This document shows positions 58,856 to 64,000 of a stretch of 64,000 bases of DNA, piece by piece. The stretch is taken from the sequence record OP870144.1; one strand, written 5' to 3'. Position numbers and translations under genes: made by a program. The notes under the pieces were generated by a model that saw only the letters and a list, made by a program, of their open reading frames with translations, was not told where the DNA came from and searched no databases. The DNA is from Escherichia phage vB_Eco_F25. The number at the start of each line of letters is the position of its first letter. Within the stretch, counting starts at the first letter, position 1.

Positions 58856-59193
58856 CTAGTACTCAATCCTCGATTATAAGAATCTACCAAACGGTCAACC
58901 ATTGAATGACAAGCGGCTTTATCTTTCTCCTCCGCAACTGAACATTCTAAGGTATTCCACTTTTTAGCATATCGTTTTAACAATGTATCATTTTTGTATC
59001 TGCTTGATTTATCTCTTTCTCCGTCTTTATATGCATATATTAATTTCTGCGCAAATTCAGCTTGGCATGCTTTATTTTTCCCGCAATAATCCGCGGCAGT
59101 ACGGTTTACATACTCTCTAATTTCAGTATATGATGTATTTGCTAACGCAGAAAATGAAATTAATCCTATACATAAAACCAAAATTTTAGTCAT
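58852..59193 (-). CDS. Hypothetical secreted protein
   Basis: 113 aa; N-terminal signal peptide MTKILVLCIGLISFSALA; four Cys. Confidence 0.5.
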   Translation of the reverse strand: MTKILVLCIGLISFSALANTSYTEIREYVNRTAADYCGKNKACQAEFAQKLIYAYKDGERDKSSRYKNDTLLKRYAKKWNTLECSVAEEKDKAACHSMVDRLVDSYNRGLSTR

Positions 59194-59731
59194 TTACTAT
59201 TTCCAGTAGTTTATTATTTTTAAGGTAGTTAGCCTTTTCTAGGACTTCAGAAGCATATTTAGAACCTGCTTTAACATTCCATCCCGAATTATAAGAGGAT
59301 ATTGCCTTTCTTATATCACCCTTATGTATATTTAACCAATAAGAAAGTTCAATGTACGCCCAGGAAGCTGAATTGGACCGTTTATTCAACATTCTTTTTA
59401 TTTCAGCATCGGTCATATTATAACCAAGTTCCTTAACTCTTGCTCGCATTGTCGGCAAATAATTTTGGAACATTCCATAGGCATGATGCTTTGGTTTAGA
59501 TTTTAAATTAACTCCGGCAGAGCTTTCTTGCCATAAAATAGCAGCCATTATATGACCTAATCCGCTCTTGTGGATATTTTTGTGTGTTTTATATTTTCCA
59601 TCCTTAGAAAATTGTTCCCCGAATTGATACGCGTAACGCATGTTATCGAGTTGGACATTACTGAAAGTATGCTCGGAGCTATGTGCCATCATTGAAATGG
59701 CCAATAGACCAGCGAGTAGTGCTTTTCTCAT
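59186..59731 (-). CDS. Putative lytic transglycosylase-like periplasmic protein
   Basis: 181 aa; signal peptide MRKALLAGLLAISMMAHS; SLT-like WQESSAG segment. Confidence 0.5.
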   Translation of the reverse strand: MRKALLAGLLAISMMAHSSEHTFSNVQLDNMRYAYQFGEQFSKDGKYKTHKNIHKSGLGHIMAAILWQESSAGVNLKSKPKHHAYGMFQNYLPTMRARVKELGYNMTDAEIKRMLNKRSNSASWAYIELSYWLNIHKGDIRKAISSYNSGWNVKAGSKYASEVLEKANYLKNNKLLEIVND

Positions 59732-59738
59732 GCTTACC

Positions 59739-60200
59739 TCATTGAGTTTTAATTACTGCTTTAGAAGCCTTTCCCGGTAAACGACGACTGTTGATAATTG
59801 CCATCCTGCACTGAAGTGACGGGTCTTTGAACTTCTCGTTAGGTTTACAAACTGTAAATCCAAGCCAAAGATTTCCATCGGTGATTTCTAAACGCCCAGG
59901 ACGATATTCAACCCCATCAATAAAATCCTCATTAATGTCAGGACGCGGAGGCATACTTAGGAATTCATTAACTTCTAAAACATGGTCTTTTATTTTATGG
60001 AATAATTCAAAAACATATGTCTCATCAATCTCCCGTTGAATTGCACGATCAAGAAGATGTTGAGAATATTTTAGATGAAACGATGAGACCCCTGCTGCTT
60101 TTGATGCCTCACGAATCTCATTGTTAATTTGACGAAACTCCGACTCAAAGTGACGACGGAGCTTATTTCGACGGATAAAAACTTCTATGTTGATAGTCAT
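59739..60200 (-). CDS. regB: Endoribonuclease RegB
   Basis: 153 aa, same as T4 RegB; downstream of a consensus early promoter. Confidence 0.85.
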   Translation of the reverse strand: MTINIEVFIRRNKLRRHFESEFRQINNEIREASKAAGVSSFHLKYSQHLLDRAIQREIDETYVFELFHKIKDHVLEVNEFLSMPPRPDINEDFIDGVEYRPGRLEITDGNLWLGFTVCKPNEKFKDPSLQCRMAIINSRRLPGKASKAVIKTQ

Positions 60201-60227
60201 GTTATTCTCCTCTTAACTGATAGAAAA

Positions 60228-60257
60228 ATTATACCACAGTCAAGAGGAAAAGTAAAC
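60228..60257 (-). promoter_or_regulatory. T4-type early promoter (consensus TATAAT)
   Basis: GTTTAC(60257-60252), 18-nt spacer, TATAAT(60233-60228). Confidence 0.6.
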
Positions 60258-60259
60258 AG

Positions 60260-60580
60260 TTATTCTTTAAATCTAATCAATTTATTCATAGACTTTGTAA
60301 CTTCTGCACGAACCTCATGTAAGTTTTTAAGCTGTTCAAGACGCTGCTCATAGTAAGCAATTTCATCTTCTTCGAGACAGTCCTGTGAATCTTCTTTAAG
60401 ATAACGTGCATAGTCCTGGAAAGCGTTACGAACTACTTCCTGGAAATCATCAAGACTTTGAATTTTCTTAGGAGCAACAGATACACGACGAGGGGCAGTA
60501 TAATACTCATAACCAAACCCTGCGCTTAATTGAGCCATTAATATTTTTCCTCTGGTTGGAACACAGCACGACAAGCCCAC
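60260..60580 (-). CDS. Hypothetical protein
   Basis: 106-aa ORF. Confidence 0.45.
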   Translation of the reverse strand: MGLSCCVPTRGKILMAQLSAGFGYEYYTAPRRVSVAPKKIQSLDDFQEVVRNAFQDYARYLKEDSQDCLEEDEIAYYEQRLEQLKNLHEVRAEVTKSMNKLIRFKE

Positions 60581-60840
60581 ATACTGGCTTCTTTGAGTTT
60601 CGTTTTAGCAATAGTTAACTGATCGAGGCTTTCAGCATAATTCTTCGTGAATTCACAGTCTTCACAATTATCTAGTGCTTCCCAGAATTCATCATATAAA
60701 GCATCAAAGATAAGCCCTAAACGAACTTCAGCATCTTTAATAGCATTCACTTTACTGATTTTATCGTCAGTATGTGGCTTATAACCCTTAATATCTTCAA
60801 TCATATTTGACTTCCTCACCAGTACATAAATCATATTCAA
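60538..60840 (-). CDS. Hypothetical protein
   Basis: 100-aa ORF. Confidence 0.45.
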   Translation of the reverse strand: MNMIYVLVRKSNMIEDIKGYKPHTDDKISKVNAIKDAEVRLGLIFDALYDEFWEALDNCEDCEFTKNYAESLDQLTIAKTKLKEASMWACRAVFQPEEKY

Positions 60841-61018
60841 CTAAACGAATAGGTTCATGAATGCCATATCCTTGAACAGAAATTTCTGTCGTAGGATAAA
60901 TTCCACTAATATCACCCATGTTCCACGCTTCGTTAAATTGCTGTTCGCCTGAATTACTAAACCACTCGGCGAAAGCATTTAGCACATCTTCAGAACCTTC
61001 AATAATTATCTTTGCCAT
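60797..61018 (-). CDS. Hypothetical protein
   Basis: 73-aa ORF. Confidence 0.4.
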   Translation of the reverse strand: MAKIIIEGSEDVLNAFAEWFSNSGEQQFNEAWNMGDISGIYPTTEISVQGYGIHEPIRLVEYDLCTGEEVKYD

Positions 61019-61392
61019 TACAAACTCTCAGTAAAGGTACGAGCAATAACGTCGCGCTGCTGTTCCGGAGTCAGAGAGTTAAAGCGAACTGCATAACCGG
61101 ATACACGGATGGTCAACTGCGGATATTTTTCCGGATGCTTAACTGCATCTTCCAGAGTTTCACGACGCAGAACGTTAACGTTCAGGTGTTGACCACCCTC
61201 GATTTTAACTGTAGGTTGTGTTTCAATTTCAATTTCACGGGCATGCAAACCATAGAAAATTTCTGGGTCTACAAAAGAGTCCTCTTTAAAGGTTTTAGAG
61301 ACAATAATTCGTGCTTGAATACCGTCTTCAAAATAAATAGTACCTTTATGCGTGCCTTCAAGAATTTGATATGCTTTCATATAACCTCTCAA
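61018..61392 (-). CDS. grcA: Autonomous glycyl radical cofactor (GrcA/YfiD-like)
   Basis: 124 aa; C-terminus [61 protein letters not shown] with glycyl radical motif RVSGY. Confidence 0.8.
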   Translation of the reverse strand: MRGYMKAYQILEGTHKGTIYFEDGIQARIIVSKTFKEDSFVDPEIFYGLHAREIEIETQPTVKIEGGQHLNVNVLRRETLEDAVKHPEKYPQLTIRVSGYAVRFNSLTPEQQRDVIARTFTESL

Positions 61393-61718
61393 TTAGAAAA
61401 TAAATTTATCCAAGATTGCTCTTTAATTAAAAATGGCTCAGAATCATATGCCATTAAACTTTGGGTGATTAGTCCTTTAAAAGGTCCATCAATAAATTCC
61501 ATGGTAAAATATGGAATTTTATTCATTAATCTTGCATTAGGAGCAGTGCACAAAACTCTGCATCCTTTGAATACGCCTTTTTGTAATTTGTATTGCTTAG
61601 GATAAAATTCGCTCAAGACATTGTTATTTGCCAAAATTTCAAAATGATTCACCAATTTATTTTTAATAGTTTTTGGCGAAAAATAAAGATATTCGAAAAG
61701 TTGCGTATCTGTCATCAT
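61389..61718 (-). CDS. Hypothetical protein (start likely at internal Met)
   Basis: ORF 61389..61769; probable ATG at 61716-61718 overlapping the upstream stop. Confidence 0.4.
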   Translation of the reverse strand: MMTDTQLFEYLYFSPKTIKNKLVNHFEILANNNVLSEFYPKQYKLQKGVFKGCRVLCTAPNARLMNKIPYFTMEFIDGPFKGLITQSLMAYDSEPFLIKEQSWINLFSN

Positions 61719-62287
61719 TGCATTCCAATTACGAAAAACTGTGGACGAGTAATACCACCAATGCAACATTTACTATTGCAGCAGTAATGTACAGTGTCAA
61801 TATGGACACTATAAATTTTATCCATATCGGGAGCTTTAACAGGCTCATCAATTATATACAAAATTCGCGAAAGCAATAAACCCCTGAACTTGCTTCCTTT
61901 ATTGCCAATAAAACTGCGCACAGAATCAGTAAATAAGCGGAATCGAATATCATCATTAGAATAACGCGAAAATTCTTTTTTAATGTGGCCCGCAGAAATT
62001 TTAGCGTAAGCTGAAGTATTAGAAAGAACAATAACTGTTCCGCCATCATACAGCCAATTAGCAGCGAAGTTAGTCACAGCAGTTGATTATTTACCGGATT
62101 GACGTCCACCATCTAGTCGAAGTGTGCAATACTGTTTGAGTAAGTCTTCAAATGGTGGGATATAATCGTTTTTACAAATTTCTTCTACTCTAGCATCAGA
62201 ATGGTGTGTAAAAGCATTCATCAGGGATAGATAAGGACCAGTTAAAAATGTTTTCATTTTGTTATCTCTAAATTTGGGCCATTCCAT
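61715..62287 (-). pseudogene. P-loop NTPase gene interrupted by an in-frame TAA inside the Walker A motif
   Basis: ORFs 62087..62287 and 61715..62077 are in the same frame; reads ...LRLDGGRQSGK-TAA-STAVTNFAANW...; putative Walker B LYIIDEP downstream. Confidence 0.5.
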
Positions 62288-62414
62288 GGCGCATGAATTG
62301 TCCGTTTCTGTATTTACCCATTACCGCACTTGGGCTCGACCTTATTACAGGTTGGCGGGAATCCCTCACAGAATCATGAGGTCCAGCTTGTTCCCATGTT
62401 ATTTGAATGTAAAT

Positions 62415-62432
62415 AGGCCTAAGTATAGGCCT
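62415..62432 (-). terminator. Possible hairpin downstream of ipIII
   Basis: aggcct aagtat aggcct inverted repeat. Confidence 0.3.
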
Positions 62433-62434
62433 TA

Positions 62435-63013
62435 TTAATTACCACGGGCTGCATTAGCAACGGCATAAGCGTACTGAACATTAGCGTCCTTAAACGTACC
62501 TTTAGAGGTATCTATTTCTGCCTTAAAGCCGCCTTTAGCCATAACATCGGCAAATTCTTTACGGAAAGCCATTGCATCAAGACCTTTCCATGATGATTTG
62601 TGCTTAGCGAATTCAAGACCAGCGTAGTTGACAGCCTTAGCTAATTTATTATCAATGACCCATTTACCGGCTTTAGGCACAAACTTCGGGCCTTTTTGTT
62701 TAGAGAACAGTTTTAAATTCCAGCGACGAAGATCACTGTCGGCTTTAACAAAAGCTGCGTCTAAGTTACTAGCAACAACATCTTCAATATGAGCAAATTT
62801 AAGTCCGTCAACTTCAATATTTAAATCGGTACGCCAGCGAAGTCCTTCCCAAGCGAAAGCTTTAAAATCGGAAGCTTTTGTAGCTAAGTATCGTTCAATA
62901 GGGGCTGTTTTAGGGTCAAAGCCGTTTCCACCACGATAGTTCCACTCGTCCTTATTAATGCCTTTTGCCTTTACTACAGAAGCTTCAGCAATAAATTCTT
63001 GATACGTTTTCAT
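62435..63013 (-). CDS. ipIII: Internal protein III
   Basis: 192 aa; N-terminal capsid-targeting sequence MKTYQEFIAEA; basic Lys/Ala-rich body. Confidence 0.8.
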   Translation of the reverse strand: MKTYQEFIAEASVVKAKGINKDEWNYRGGNGFDPKTAPIERYLATKASDFKAFAWEGLRWRTDLNIEVDGLKFAHIEDVVASNLDAAFVKADSDLRRWNLKLFSKQKGPKFVPKAGKWVIDNKLAKAVNYAGLEFAKHKSSWKGLDAMAFRKEFADVMAKGGFKAEIDTSKGTFKDANVQYAYAVANAARGN

Positions 63014-63043
63014 TTTTGTTTCCTTGTTTGTTTTGATAGAGTA

Positions 63044-63073
63044 ATTATATCATATTAATACTTAAGCGTAAAC
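63044..63073 (-). promoter_or_regulatory. T4-type early promoter (consensus TATAAT)
   Basis: GTTTAC(63073-63068), 18-nt spacer, TATAAT(63049-63044). Confidence 0.6.
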
Positions 63074-63076
63074 TGT

Positions 63077-63337
63077 TTAAGCTTTACCGCCAGAAATAAT
63101 TCCGAAGTTGTTAAAATCATATCCAATATCGTCAACATCTACTTTAGGGCTTGCTACAACATAAGCAATTTCACTACGTTTTGCATAGGTGTTTATTTCT
63201 CTACCATCGCCGCCTAGGAAAGAATACCCATTACGTTTTAATGAGACAAAATCTTCGGCATCACCAACGAAAGCTTTAACTTTAAATTTGGGGCCTTTGG
63301 CATCTGCTTCAGCGATAAATTCTTGATACATTTTCAT
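63077..63337 (-). CDS. ipII: Internal protein II
   Basis: 86 aa; N-terminal capsid-targeting sequence MKMYQEFIAEA shared with ipIII. Confidence 0.7.
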   Translation of the reverse strand: MKMYQEFIAEADAKGPKFKVKAFVGDAEDFVSLKRNGYSFLGGDGREINTYAKRSEIAYVVASPKVDVDDIGYDFNNFGIISGGKA

Positions 63338-63343
63338 TTTTCC

Positions 63344-63757
63344 TTAGTAAATTGATTTACCATAGTATTTGTACCAAGTAGGGCGTTGAGCAATTTTTTC
63401 ATCTAAGCGAGCTTGACTTATCGCAATGGACGCTTCGGACGGGACATAATTATTACGAAATTCGACAGGGATGTCGGAAATATCCTGGACAGTCGTGTCC
63501 TTGATTTTGAAACCACGTTTCAAGCATTCAGCGATTAGCTCGATTTGACGTAAACGTAAAAATTCGAGTTTGTCGTAAAAGAATGTTACGTGACCTGTGC
63601 CTAAGATAAATGTTGGAGAGATTTTAAAATCCTTTACACGTTTACCGTTTTGAACATGTTTACGGACTGCACCAAATACGCGTGGTAATTCACGATACTC
63701 AGCCATAAGATGTTGGTCGGTCAGTTCAGAAACAAGTGTTAAATTGATACGAGTCAT
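63344..63757 (-). CDS. denV: Endonuclease V (pyrimidine dimer DNA glycosylase)
   Basis: ATG at 63755-63757 with GGAGGAAATT Shine-Dalgarno; [35 protein letters not shown] matches T4 DenV; track ORF starts at an upstream TTG. Confidence 0.92.
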   Translation of the reverse strand: MTRINLTLVSELTDQHLMAEYRELPRVFGAVRKHVQNGKRVKDFKISPTFILGTGHVTFFYDKLEFLRLRQIELIAECLKRGFKIKDTTVQDISDIPVEFRNNYVPSEASIAISQARLDEKIAQRPTWYKYYGKSIY

Positions 63758-63784
63758 AATTTCCTCCAAGTAGTTGATGAATGT

Positions 63785-63814
63785 ATAGTATCAAAGTCCT
63801 TGGAGGAAGTAAAC
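63785..63814 (-). promoter_or_regulatory. T4-type early promoter (-10 TACTAT)
   Basis: GTTTAC(63814-63809), 18-nt spacer, TACTAT(63790-63785). Confidence 0.5.
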
Positions 63815-64000
63815 ACTATTTTTCTGAAGCGCCTGAAATATATTTTCAAGACGTTGTTTCATTAGCGAGCCGTTCTTAGCGATTTCTTCTGGTTTATCGC
63901 ACATACGCAACAAGGCTTCAAGCTTAACGATATCGCTGGTACGTTCAAATTTGCGAGTATCTATCTTACTAGCAAGTTCAGAAATACGTGCTAATAGACT
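63791..64000 (-). CDS. Hypothetical protein, 3' end only (5' end beyond window)
   Basis: Open frame from the window edge to TGA at 63791-63793; C-terminus ...KPEEIAKNGSLMKQRLENIFQALQKNSVYFLQGL. Confidence 0.4.
   Translation of the reverse strand, partial: SLLARISELASKIDTRKFERTSDIVKLEALLRMCDKPEEIAKNGSLMKQRLENIFQALQKNSVYFLQGL

Noticed and set aside
1-64000. tRNA, rRNA, CRISPR arrays, integrase/transposase or IS elements
   Set aside because: No cloverleaf-like GC-rich ~75-nt segments, no regularly spaced direct repeats and no recombinase-like ORFs were seen; the only mobile-element-like genes are the three homing endonucleases.

Overview
This window is an early/middle-gene segment of a T-even (T4-like) coliphage genome, annotated by comparison with T4 proteins recalled from memory; no database search was run. 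Nearly every gene is on the minus strand, closely packed and often translationally coupled. In order: rIIB start and rIIA, topoisomerase II gene 39 (single 605-aa form), MotB-like paralogs, dexA, dda, an Srd-like gene, modA/modB, soc, 56, primase 61, sp, dmd, helicase 41, 40, uvsX, a DXD glycosyltransferase in the beta-gt slot, 42, imm, DNA polymerase 43, regA, 62/44/45, rpbA, 46/47, alpha-gt, 55, nrdH/nrdG/nrdD, 49, nrdC, a block of uncharacterised genes with three homing-endonuclease genes, rI.-1/rI/rI.1, tk, regB, IPIII/IPII and denV. Recurrent T4-type early promoters (GTTTAC-18 nt-TATAAT-like) and UUCG-tetraloop terminator hairpins lie on the transcribed strand. No rRNA, tRNA or CRISPR array was found. 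The most notable observations are: a 162-bp exact duplication of the rIIA 3' end that truncates an rIIB start fragment; a Pol-beta-type nucleotidyltransferase next to a P-loop ATPase, flanked by homing endonucleases; a TARG1/DarG-like macrodomain gene alongside ModA/ModB and a 61.2 (AdfA-position) gene; a P-loop NTPase gene split by an in-frame TAA inside its Walker A motif; and an HNH endonuclease gene between nrdD and nrdG that begins with a copy of the nrdG 5' codons.
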